64,000 nucleotides of DNA from Chrysomallon squamiferum (taxonomy: Eukaryota > Animalia > Mollusca): NCBI GenBank assembly GCA_012295275.1, contig CM022671.1:8990001-9054000 (forward strand), read 5' to 3'. This document shows, one piece after another, positions 13,990 to 35,301 of the stretch. The translations under genes were made by a program, and so were the position numbers. The stretch's first letter is position 1. Every line of letters starts with the position of its first letter. A model generated the notes under the pieces. The model ran no database searches. It saw nothing but the letters and a program-made list of their open reading frames with translations, and was not told the origin of the DNA.

Positions 13990-16665
13990 TTATCGTGGAC
14001 TGGCTGACTCCAGTGGAAGGTAGGCCATGATGACATAGTTACCATCTACACCAAGACTTGTAAAACCACAGCTCATAAATAAATGTCTTGAAGCTTGATT
14101 ATCATGATTAATACGGGCTGCAATAAAATGTTCTTCCTTGAAAAGTGCTTTTGCTATGTGACTGACACAAACTTTAGCCAGACCATGGTGTCTGAAGTTT
14201 GGGTGGACAAAGAGAAAACTGAAACTGTTGTCAATATGAATGACGCTGTATGCCACAGGCTGCCCATTCCTTACCCTCAAGCACACGTTTGGAAATCCGG
14301 AATTGAGGAGTCTGGTTAAAAACAAGTGCAGTTCTGGGTGTATGTAGTTCCAATACTGAATAATAAATGCTGTGTCTTCTTGTTTAACCACAGTGGACTG
14401 AATATCTGCCAGCCTAATTCGGAAACTGAAATTTATAAAAGAAGAATACTAGTATATATTAAACTGAAAAGAACAACAACCCACACCCTGACAAATCAAA
14501 CATTTTATTTATATATATTTTATTATTGCTCAGCTATAGTTTATTTTTTCAGGATGAATGCTTTAAAATTTTATTTTATTTTTAAAATAAATACTTTGTT
14601 AAAACTACATTTTGTTTTTGTTTCCAAAATCTAAATATTAAACATTTATATAGAAAATTCCATGTTTTAGTTTTCACTTTACATAAACGGGTTATAGTTT
14701 TTTATACATATAATTTAATTGTTACAGCTTCTATCATTTTAAACAGATTTCACCACATCTCTTCATCTTACTTCAATGTTTTTTCTTTAGATGAGGCTAA
14801 GCAGGATGTTCCTTTTGTTTCAGATAATTATCACTTACTAGAATTTCATTCTACTCTGATCAACAACATAAAGATTTCCTCTGTGCATTTCTTTCAGTTT
14901 GGACCCTTCTGGCAACAAAGTATACAGTAACGGTTGAAGACTTGGTGGTACTTCTGTTAATTATAATCACACAATGAAGATATCTAGCATTCTTTCACAC
15001 TCTATATGTCTGAGGATAATAATGATGATGATGATGAAGACAACAAATTGGAAACTTTATATATGGCTTAACAGAATATTATTGATAGTAAGGTTAAAAT
15101 CATTATGTACTATCAGGAAATAGGTATAATTTCAGAAAATTTCTGAAAGTTTGTGTTATGTCTTATACTCAGGAAAATGGTAATACAATGACTGTGATTA
15201 CATTATCCTCTGGCACTGGTCAATGGAGAGTTTCAGGAGGGAAGCTGGATAATGACAGGCCAGTCTGACCAGTAGATACAGCAGTGAGACTAATGTGGAC
15301 AGTTAATTCCACTGTGAAGAAGAGTTCTTCTGAAACTTAACAGTCCAGCAGTCTATTCATTTGTACTGCTCTCTCCTAAACAACAAACAAGCATGACCTT
15401 AAAGTCACACTTTGCTCTTTTAATTGTCTTGGAGAATGCCGAGGTTTCCCACAGATTATTACCAATTTTGGCCACATTAATTTCAGTCCAGTGATTACAC
15501 ATATTTTCAAAAATTATACATAGTGGTGATAATACATATTTCCTGTAACATGGATTAATATTAAATTTAAAATCATTTTAATATATGTATTTATATAATA
15601 GAAAATATAAAATAAAATTGTTACCAAAAATGTATTCCTTTGTCCAATCCAGAACACCAGGATGACGTAATATTTTAAGCATTGTATCAACATCATTTCC
15701 ATGAATTAGAACAAACTTTCCACTGAACCCATCCTGTATAAACATGGAAGAAGTTACTGATTCTTTAATTTATTTCTCTTTTACACTGACACGTACAAAG
15801 TTTCATTGTTAATACCATTAATTAATGATAGTAAATTCTTAATTTTTCTTATTAAGAGAGGAAAGAAGGAGGGAGAGAGAGAAGGCAACAGACAAAATAG
15901 ACAAAGACAAAAATCCTTGAATTTCAAATATCTTCAAAGATGAATAGTTGCTGGATCAGTTCAGGTTAAGGATTATGAATTGAAATAGAAGTTAGAGACT
16001 GACACATTTTTCTGGAACAGGTGTTGTGAGTACAGCATTGTAATCTGGCCACTGGTCAACAAACACTTCAAAGTATGGCCATTTCCGAGAAGTAATATTC
16101 TTCACCATTCCATACATCTGTAGTTTTAAAATTAAATATGACATTTGGAAAGTTAGGCACAAAAGCATAAAATTAAAAACTTAAAACATAAAAACTTGTT
16201 ATAGTAAAGAGAGAAATATACATAAGTAGAGTTACCACATAATTTTTAGTGAGTTAATCCATTTAAAAAGTAATAGTTATTATAATCAGATTACTTTAAT
16301 ATTACAAAAAATAAAAAAAATAATAATAATAAAATACTCGAATTGTAACTGGCAGCTTTTCTTTCAACAAATCAAGCAACATCATTTGTTCATCATATTC
16401 TAATTTAACAACCGAGTCACACTTTTGCCTGAATGTCTGGAAAAAAAAGAAGTAAATAAAACGTACATATTATTTGAAAATATATACGGATATATATATT
16501 TAAAATGCGAACAGTTTTAACGAAAACAGGAAAGACCTATTAACTAATTAAGCGTTTATTTTGATTAAGTTTATGAAGTAATATATTAAAAAATGAACTA
16601 TTAAACAACAAAATAATTTAGAAAACATTTTTAAATTTCAAAACCTTTGTGTCTGATCTGCCCAT
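13990..16665 (-). CDS. Glycine N-acyltransferase-like protein (GLYAT/GLYATL family, GNAT fold), 297 aa, 6 exons
   Basis: Minus-strand exons 16665-16645, 16436-16338, 16117-16004, 15733-15625, 14953-14839, 14425-13990 (894 nt, GT-AG, in phase). N-terminal LLKEKLPVTIRMYGMV..FEVFVDQWPDYNAVL and LDWTKE resemble the GLYAT N-domain; C-terminal GNAT acyl-CoA motif LFVHPNFRHHGLAK and DNQASRHLFMSCGF. Confidence 0.85.
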
Positions 16666-17039
16666 GTTTTCGCCAGCCCAGTTAATTATTTGTTCGCCGA
16701 TAAACTCAAATATTAACTCATCATTCCAGAATTACGTAACGAAATCCTGAAAAGTTATCTCCCTTCCCAATTAGTGTTTCAATTTTATTTATTTATTTAT
16801 TTATTTATTTTTTATTTGCTTGTCTGTTTTGGTATATTTAAAAGAAGAGTCGGAAATAAAATATATATATTTTTTTTTCAGAAGTTATAAATACATTATT
16901 AACGTAACAAAAACATAACTATATTATCGTTATAAAAAGTTAAAGAATAAAAGCGTATGCGTTTGTGTATTCAAATGAATTAATTGTGTATACGGATTTA
17001 GGGCGATATTTAATTATATATTATGTTCAGAAGTCTGCA

Positions 17040-17190
17040 TGTCGTCAGCTAAAGTGGACCAAGGTATGACGTGATGATTCGCCAGGAGAAGTTTGTTTCA
17101 CGCGTCGACCCATGATTTAGACATAAACGAAAGCTTGGGACCAGTAATGAGATCTTCACATCATATTTACGTGAGTTTTTATGACGCAGA
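17040..17190. promoter_or_regulatory. CpG-enriched segment with clustered bZIP (CRE/ATF-like) sites in the divergent GLYAT-like / membrane-protein intergenic region
   Basis: CGTCA (~17043), TGACGTGA (~17067), TTACGTGA (~17167), ATGACGCA (~17181) within 150 bp, about 0.4-0.5 kb upstream of the GLYAT-like ATG. Motif match only. Confidence 0.35.
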
Positions 17191-17941
17191 ACACTTTTCA
17201 TGAGATAATTATTTCTGCTACGACATTTACAGGCTTTAAAAATATATCATTTGTTTTCTCTTTGACTTATTTAATAATATTATGTATTAATGAAAATGTA
17301 ACCGCGAATTTTCAAGAACATAATATACTCATACAAACTTAAAAAAAGAATGCATGCATTGTTAGAACAGATCGTCGTCGAATATTTGTGATAAAACCTT
17401 CGTTGCACTACGTAATTAATGTGCAGGACACTACGTCCAACGTGTATTGTGATACCTGGAAACATGCAGTGAAATGTCTACGCGGATTATTTATGATAAC
17501 GAACTTTTCCTTCCTTATCGGTGTATTTCACGAGAAGCTGTATAAAGTACATACTGGCAGTCTACAACCTGCCGTCTGCTGACATGGCGAGTAACGTGCG
17601 AGCTGGTTAATCAGTGGAAGACCTGGAACACCTGTACTCGAAATTCATAGAGCTCATCGCACTTACTTCTTTATTAGAAACTGCCGTGTAAAATGGGGCG
17701 AGTCACACATTAAAGTGATTAACAATGGTATTTCTCCTCTGAGAACAAAACAAATTGCTTTTCGTGCATTTGCTGTTGGCTTGAAAAACACATTTGTATT
17801 ACTTCTTCAAGTAGGTTGAAAGCTTTCCCTGGATTCCATATGCATCGAAAATCCATACCTTGATAGCTCAGTCATCAGTGCATGCATTCAATCGGCCGTT
17901 CTTATATAATGTATAAATGAATAGGAATCTGTTTTGTTTTG

Positions 17942-17991
<50 letters not shown>

Positions 17992-18831
17992 TCCGCCTGT
18001 TGATATGTTTATACATTGTATGTATGTATATATGTCATTTTGAAAGAGTATATATATATAATACTGAATACACACAATAATATCAAATTTATGTCTGCCC
18101 ACACATCTATTTATTTCGTTATGGAGTGGTGCGTAGGTGGTATCTAATTTGTAACAGGTTAGTCCTGCTCTTAAGAGGCCTTGTGAAAAATTGAATCACA
18201 GCATTATTGGTTAGAAATTGTCCCAGCTGAGAGATGGGCGACTTAAACAGTCAACGGTTAAAATGTTTCGAGCTTGAGATACCCAGCTCAGTTTCTAAAT
18301 TCTTCTTTAATCACGGTCCACGTAATTCTGCCCTTGACAGCATTCTTTCACGTTACCATTAAAATAAATTGAAAATAAACATTTTGTTCAACAAACCTTT
18401 GCACCCGTATGCCACAGTTTAAAACTACACGCCCCCTTTGTGTAAGCCAATTAGTTATCGTAAAAGGTGTAATTTACAACGCAGTTTACCACGGGTGACA
18501 TGCAGCTACATTTGCCAGTTCGCTCACAAAACCGTATTAACTTTCTAAAGTCAACACTTTTCTATGCCCACAAATCGACATAAATAACCTCAGTGGGTTT
18601 TCATTACATATGCAGCTACGACTGAATGCTGTGCCAGGTCAGTTGTGACGAGGCACATGTAGTATCGCGAATCTTACAAAACTGATGTTGTTCACGTATT
18701 GCTGAGTAGTAACATTTAAAGGTAAAACCGGAATACTTTTACACGGGAACGAGGCGGGCTAGAAAAGGCGACGCGACCCGAAATATCTGTTCATCGACAA
18801 AAGGTGTTCCACAGTCCAACGGAGAAACACG

Positions 18832-27341
<8,510 letters not shown>

Positions 27342-27863
27342 ACCGTTCCATTTTCACAAAGAATAAGATATCACGTTACCGCCACCATATCTTACATAAG
27401 ATACATCTAAAATACTGTATAAGCATTAGAATAAGTATTTTAAACTATTTTCTTTGTCTAGAGTAGAATAATCTTATTCAGAATAATTGTTTACTCGTGT
27501 GTGTTTGTGTGTGTGTTTTGCTTAGACTACAATTTCAGCTTATGTAGCTTAACTTTTATTTTATAATTGTTTATTAATTACCCATTAAAATTGGAAACTA
27601 TTATTATTATTATTACATTTTTTAATTGTTCTTTTCTTTTTGATACGTAATGCTTAAATGTTTTAATTAAAAATCAGTAACAAACACACAGACACACATA
27701 TATATATATACAAACATAGATATACACACATACATACATGTGTGTGTCCGTGTGCGTGTGTGCAAAAATATATATACATACATACATGTATACACGCACA
27801 TACACATATATATAGCTTTGTAACTTTCCTTTTGGTTAAAAGCAGTATATAAGTTATGAGAAT

Positions 27864-27901
<38 letters not shown>

Positions 27902-27966
27902 ATAAATAATTAAAACATAAATATAGATAGATAGATGCATGCAAAGAGAGAGAGAGAGAGAGAGAT

Positions 27967-28082
<116 letters not shown>

Positions 28083-29252
28083 GAAATATCTTTAACAAAA
28101 CTTTTCATCATTTTATTACCAAACATATAGGTGTCTTCATAATTTAGAAGATCAGTTGTTTTTTGTTGTTGTTGTTTTTTTGTTGTTTTTTTATATTTTA
28201 TATTTAATAAACATGTCATGTTTGTTAATATTTTCTATTTCCATATAATAATATTTAATTTTACTATATATTTACTTGATTTAAACATTCCATTTGCACT
28301 TATTTTTGTAGTATGTACAAAGAATGTAGAATCTGAACTATTTGTATTTAATATGGTGCTTTAATTTTTTAATTATTAATATTTTTACACACATGTACAT
28401 ATCTATATACTTATGTATAGTTGTATGTATGCATGTATGTATGTACGTATGCGTTTATATATATAGATATATATATGGGCATGTATGTGGGAGTGTGTGT
28501 GTGTATGTGTGTGTGTGTGTGTGTGTAGATTTATATAGTGCCCTTTCATCATTATGTTACTTTCATAGAGTATTAGTAACTGGACAATAATTACGACTTT
28601 TCAATTTCTTGTACTTAATAAACTTCTCTACACATTCTGTCAAAGTTAATGTTCTAATTTAATATTGTTTAAAATGCTTAATACATATCTCTTTATTAAG
28701 GGTGGAGAACTGCAGTGTTATTGGTTCTTTGATGTTTTCTTCTATGTACATAGATAGATAGATAGATAGATAGTATTATGATATATTTATATGTAATATT
28801 TATATTAGTTAATAAAGCATTTTTAGATACGATATTCACGATAGAAGAATGACTATAAAGAGTATTATTATTTATTTATTTTAAAATATTTTATGATAAT
28901 GCCTAATGTATGTACTCTTCAGTTATATACGAAATTAAAATCTTTTTCGAAGTCGGCATTAATTATTATCTTTATGTTTAATGTTCGTGGTCACGCATCA
29001 TTACGAGTGATCTCAGGTCATTTTACACGATTCAGTCTGACCAAACATTTACGACCAGATTGACCATCCAGTGGCGCGCAGAGAGGGGGGAGGCATCCAA
29101 TCACAGAAAAGAACTTAATAAATTTGGTGGATTTATATTTAAATCGAATAAAGTGCGGGTTTTTTATGTTTCATCTGTGTTTACATATTCAAAATATCTT
29201 CCTTTCTCATAATAGTACTAGGCCTTATACTTGAGTCTTATACAATCAAGGA

Positions 29253-29357
<105 letters not shown>

Positions 29358-30522
29358 CAGTTCTTTATTTATACTGTATGAATGTGCGTAACAAATAGAG
29401 AGCGTTAACCGCAAAAAGCCATCATTACAATATAGGGATACAAATCATCATTTCTATTTTGTATATTTTATTCAGCCTTTTATATCTGAACTCATCATTA
29501 AAAATGTTTACTTAAGGTTAAAAATAAGAGAGAAAACGTTTAACCCCCTTTTTGCTTGAAATATGGAGATGGCCACGTTAATAGAACTTGAATAGATTTT
29601 GTAACAGCTCGCGAGTGTTTTGATCTGTTCAGTGTTTCACGCAGTCTGCTACATTTCCATGCATAATGTTATATGTGTATGTTCTCTTAGCCAACTGATT
29701 CTACTTTCTGAAAAAAGAAAAGTTCTTGTATGTATCTTCGTAACATGACGTCTTCAATTAAAATACAAATTAACGTGAGTTTGACTTCTATATCAAAATC
29801 ATATGCTTCTTTTTTTTTTCTCTTTCTCAATCTTTCTTTCTTTAACAAAATGGAACAAACTGTAAAGAAAATAATTTTTTTTTTTTTTTTAATTTTTTAT
29901 GAAAGATAAGTTTCATGCAATTGGTACGATCAAGACTAAAAGTCAGTCTCAGTTTGTATTTATATAACAATAACCATTTATTAGCGTAATTTTAGAAGTT
30001 TTATCTTGACAGAAGGTAAACGCTCAGAAAAACGGATCAGACATAATTACTACAATAGGGCTGTTTTAGAATCTTAACAATGCAGTTTGTACCCTGATTT
30101 TCTTTAACCCCAGGTTATAGCAACCACGCTTTTTCAGAATTAAAACTCTTTTATGGACGATAGCGTTAAAATGGCGCCACATTGCATTATTGTTATTATT
30201 AACATTATCTTTTACGACGAGCTCGGATCTCTTTAACTTTAAATAATATGTGATCATCTATAATAATATAACTAAATACTGATAAACTGCAGCCACTCAG
30301 TGTATTGTTATTTTTCATTAAATAAGAAGAGACAAAATTATCACAAACGGTGACTCACAAAGAGCGGAGACTTGTGATTTTTCTATTAATAATCATCTTG
30401 CAAATTATTAATTTTCATAATTTATTTATTTTTATTTTGTTTTGCCGGTTACTGCTGCGAGTTTGGAAAGATACTGAATTTGTATAAACACTGTACCATA
30501 TTCAGCCCACTTCACTATTATT

Positions 30523-30579
<57 letters not shown>

Positions 30580-30999
30580 TTATTATTTTAGCTTTTTCTT
30601 TTTTGTACCTATCTGTATGTCTTACCTTATTATTAACAAAAATACTGTATATATAAATATATAAAACAGACATTACAGCTCGAGCTGTCGTGTATAAAGC
30701 TGTTTAGTACAAAGCTGGACATCGTTGAGTTTCAAACCTGCGACTCTCCACATAATCACTGCTTGTTATTTATCACAAAACAGTTGTTCAAGGAGACGAA
30801 TATAACAAATTCTTAGTATAATATAATTAACTACGATAAAAAAAAAAATAATAATAATAAAAAAACCAAATATTCAACAAGTACTGTTTTAGTTTATTTT
30901 CCAAGGATTCAGATTTGGAATGTGGTTTTCAGTTTATAAAGAACAGAAAACAGTGTTTAAATATTTCTCTTGTTGTTTTATCTTTTTCTTATTTGAACG

Positions 31000-32696
31000 T
31001 TAGGGACCAGCTGTCATCTGAGCTTCGGTTGTACCTAAATAAAAATGAAATAAATTAAACAGATTGTAATTTAACATTTCCTCAATTCATCATTTAAGAA
31101 ATAAAACAGACTGGTACACAATTGAATATATAAACAAAAACACATGCATGCACATATTGATGTATCAGTGAGATTGACCATATAAATATCGTTCATTAAT
31201 GAATTCTTAGTTCATCATTTTAATTTATCGTGCGCACTCATAGACACTTTTATTTTGAATATAATTATGATCGCGTATTATAATGTTAATTTACTCCATT
31301 TCATGAAAGTGAAAACTTAAATAAGACGTTATAGTAGAACATTATACTGGAACATGAAAGTGAAAACTTAAATAAGACGTTATAGTAGAACATTATACTG
31401 GAACATGAAAGTGAAAACTTAAATAAGACGTTATAGTAGAACATTATACTGGAACATGAAAGTAAAAATTTAAATAAGACGTTATAGCAGAACATAATAC
31501 TAAAACGTTAATGTAGAAATTTAAATAAGACGTTATAGCAGAACATAATACTAATGTAACAATTTTTTAAAACCTACCAGAAGCTTTGCATTCGCTCAGC
31601 TGATTTTCCAGGCAAGAGATTTCTTTAGTCAACATTTCAATCCTTGATTAAAATAAATTAATAAAATGTTTAAAACAAACAAAGACAAATTTTAAATGAT
31701 AGTATTGTAGTATACATTATTACAGTTATGAAAATAAAATACAATAATATATTTCGTTTTAAAATCAACATAATCACCACCAGGGATATATGTAGCATTA
31801 ATTCTCATATGAACTGTGAAATCAATAGCCTAGAATTTTAATATAATTTTCTTTCTTCTTTTTTCTTTTTAATTTTTTTTCTTATTTTTTCCCCCTCTTT
31901 TTAAAGTTATTTTTGGAGAGAGAAAGAAATCACTGAAAGAAATAATTATAATTAAAACAAAATAATTTTGAAACTGTCCAATTGGAATACTCTTTCTTTT
32001 TATTCTTTGTCCAGAATAATTATTGCCCATTTTATTTATTTAGTTAGTTATTACTATAATTGTTGTTTGGTTTTGTTGTAATTTGTTATTATTATTATTA
32101 TTCTTATTATTATTATTTTTTATTATTTTTATTATAATTTCAAAAATTTAATTTCGTTTTTCGACTCTATCTTTATGTCTAAACTGGAATAAGAAATAAC
32201 CTCTTCTCTTTCTTTAATGAATAATTCGCTCGTAAAATATACTATAAACTCGATATTCTGTGTTACAGAAGTTGTTGGTTTTGTATAGTTTGCTGATCTG
32301 CTGAACCGTGTTTTAAATAAAGAGGTAATATAGATGTATCATCATTTGACAAAGTGAATCAAAATGTTTCCAACTAAAAATATTACTAATTAAAATAAAA
32401 CATAAAAATTAAATATTCTGGTTACAAAAATAAAAAATTAATAAAATTAAATTAAAATCAAAATTAAAACTAAAATTGAAATTGAAATTGAACTTGAAAT
32501 GAATAAAACAGGATCAATCTGACAACACTGTAAATTGAAATCAAATAAAGTGATATAAGATAATTAAAATGACGCATCAAGTGAATAAAATGACTAACTT
32601 CAACGTGCACTGACGATCCTCGGTGTGCATAAACCAGCCATCTGAAGACGCTAGGCACAAAGCAGCCACGACGAAAATAACCAGACACAACTTCAT
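31000..32696 (-). CDS. Small secreted peptide precursor, 65 aa, 3 exons (not in the ORF track)
   Basis: Exons 32696-32599 (AA|GTTAGT), 31642-31578 (CAAG| ... G|GTAGGT), 31034-31000 (TTTAG|), phases 2 and 1 match; product MKLCLVIFVVAALCLASSDG-WFMHTEDRQCTLKIEMLTKEISCLENQLSECKASGTTEAQMTAGP*. Classical signal peptide, aaaATG context, AATAAA ~100 nt after the stop (30898-30893). Confidence 0.82.
31302..31553. repeat. Minisatellite, 51 bp unit, ~5 copies (intron 2 of the secreted-peptide gene)
   Basis: CATGAAAGTGAAAACTTAAATAAGACGTTATAGTAGAACATTATACTGGAA repeated; explains the periodic ORF 31301-31495. Confidence 0.92.
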
Positions 32697-32732
32697 TTTT
32701 CTCGATCTCACGTCGTCAGGTTTCTTCTCGAT

Positions 32733-32766
32733 ACTAAATGTCGACTACTTATATCTCCTTCTTATA
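32733..32766 (-). promoter_or_regulatory. TATA box plus initiator for the secreted-peptide gene
   Basis: On the minus strand TATAAG (32766-32761) lies 31 nt upstream of the A in a TTAGT initiator-like motif (32737-32733), ~40 nt before the ATG. Confidence 0.6.
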
Positions 32767-32994
32767 CGTTTACTTCCAGCGAATCGAAGTTGTTCTGAAT
32801 ATCTCAGCAGAAAACGAGTAAAATGAACTAAAACAAACAGATGTTGAATAGCAAGATAAAACACACAGAGAAAACAACAGGAATCTTTTTTTTACAACAG
32901 ATGTCAAAATGTGTTGTGTACGATTATGGATGACTGAGAAAAGCCAAACCAAAATATGTTTTCGTGATACTACAAAAAGAAATATATATATATA

Positions 32995-33034
<40 letters not shown>

Positions 33035-33673
33035 CACACACACACACACACGTACACATATCTATACGACATATTTATACGGTTATGGACTATACAAATA
33101 TTCCAATGCTGAATTAAACGACTGGATTCTAAAATATTTAAGACATGTTAATTAATCAGATAAGTGTATTTTTATGATAAATACAGTATATAAAGAAATT
33201 ATTATTATTATTTTTTTTTTTTTTTTTAAATTAAAGTTAAATATGTTGACAGAACTTTTGGTAAAGAATATTCCCAACTTACATATGTATAATTATTATT
33301 TTTTATTTTGCAGAAAACGCATGCACACAATATACACACACTTTCATACTCAAAACACACATCACATACACAAACGTTCACATACACTCATCCATACACA
33401 TACATATCTGTATGCTTTATTATTATTATTGTAAACTGTAAAAATTGTTGTGAAATATTGTGTTTTCTTGGCAATCAGTGTATGATTAATAGCTGAATAG
33501 GCTGTATTTTGGATAGTATGTTGAAAATAAAAATGTATTTCTATTTTATAAATCAGAATTTCATATTTTTCATTAAATACCAAATCGAAGATAAAAATTT
33601 AGAATGTAGCACAGATGTAATAAGTTTACTTACATTTTGCGCTTATTAATGTGTCTTTATTGTAGTTATTATT

Positions 33674-34716
33674 TATCAGTGAACAGTAACAATGTTAAAC
33701 AATGCTAGTATGTATCAGGGAATCAGTAACAATGTTAAACAATGTTACTATGTATCAGTGAACAGTAACAATGTTAAAAAAGTTACTATGTATCAGTGAA
33801 CAGTAACAATGTTAAAAAAGTTACTATGTATCAGTGAACAGTAACAATGTTAAAAAAGTTACTATGTATCAGTGAACAATAACAATGTTAAACAATGTTA
33901 CTATGTATCAGTGAACAGTAACAATGTTAAACAATGTTACTATGTATCAGTGAACAGTAACAATGTTAAACAATGTTACTATGTATCAGTGAACAGTAAC
34001 AATGTTAAAAAAGTTACTATGTATCAGTGAACAGTAACAATTTAAAAAAATTACTATGTATCAGTGAACAGTAACAATGTTAAACAATGTTACTATGTAT
34101 CAGGGAATCAGTAACAATGTTTAAAAAGTTACTATGTATCAGGGAATCAGTAACAATGTTAAACAATGTTACTATGTATCAGGGAATCAGTAACAATGTT
34201 AAACAATGTTACTATGTATCAGTGAACAGTAACAATGTTAAAAAAGTTACTATGTATCAGTGAACAGTAACAATGTTAAAAAAGTTACTATGTATCAGTG
34301 AACAGTAACAATGTTAAAAAAGTTACTATGTATCAGTGAACAATAACAATGTTAAACAATGTTACTATGTATCAGTGAACAGTAACAATGTTAAACAATG
34401 TTACTATGTATCAGTGAACAGTAACAATGTTAAACAATGTTACTATGTATCAGTGAACAGTAACAATGTTAAAAAAGTTACTATGTATCAGTGAACAGTA
34501 ACAATTTAAAAAAATTACTATGTATCAGTGAACAGTAACAATGTTAAACAATGTTACTATGTATCAGGGAATCAGTAACAATGTTTAAAAAGTTACTATG
34601 TATCAGGGAATCAGTAACAATGTTAAACAATGTTACTATGTATCGGGGAATCAGTAACAATGTTAAATAATGTTACTATGTATCAGGGAATCAGTAACAA
34701 TGTTTAAAAAGTTACT
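33674..34716. repeat. Minisatellite, 38-40 bp unit, ~27 copies, with higher-order structure
   Basis: Unit TATCAGTGAACAGTAACAATGTTAAACAATGTTACTATG with variants (AAAAAAGTTAC; GGGAATCAG); the variant order recurs at a 464 bp offset. Confidence 0.95.
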
Positions 34717-34943
34717 TCATATTACGTAGCAATTTATCGTGCATTCAATAACGTCAGGGCATCAAACTTCAATTTATTCTTGTAAAATTTTATTTATTCG
34801 GTGTCGTTTTGGTTTAGGCTGGGAGACAATCTATTATATTGTTGCTTTAAAATGGCCGAGTAAAGATCTATTATGTTATCACTGATTTCTAAATGGTCAA
34901 AGAAGAATCTACTACAGGACTGTTGACTAGGTCTAAATGGCCG

Positions 34944-34974
<31 letters not shown>

Positions 34975-35242
34975 TTGTAAATTTAATGGTGTTCGTATTT
35001 TCTAATAAACGCTAGTAATACCAGAAAGAAAGTTACTATTGTATAAAATGCAGAATTACCCTCAAGTGAATTTTTCTTGATAGTCTTTATAAATATATTC
35101 TTTAAAACGAAATGAACAGAAGTCAATATAGGGCAGTTTATGTAAGTATAGACATGCATTAGAACTGATGGATGATACAAAATTCACTCATATTAAATAT
35201 AATTTTTAGCAAACATATATTACAGTTGTAGCCACCAGAGAA

Positions 35243-35301
<59 letters not shown>

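Noticed and set aside
29069-29097. CAGTGGCGCGCAGAGAGGGGGGAGGC, similar to a MITE terminus
   Set aside because: No matching inverted terminus found nearby, so an element cannot be delimited.
33674-34716. CRISPR-like array (regular ~39 bp partly palindromic repeats); likewise arrays at 31302, 50287 and 56086
   Set aside because: Units are head-to-tail with no unique spacers, no cas genes, and the context is a spliced eukaryotic genome.
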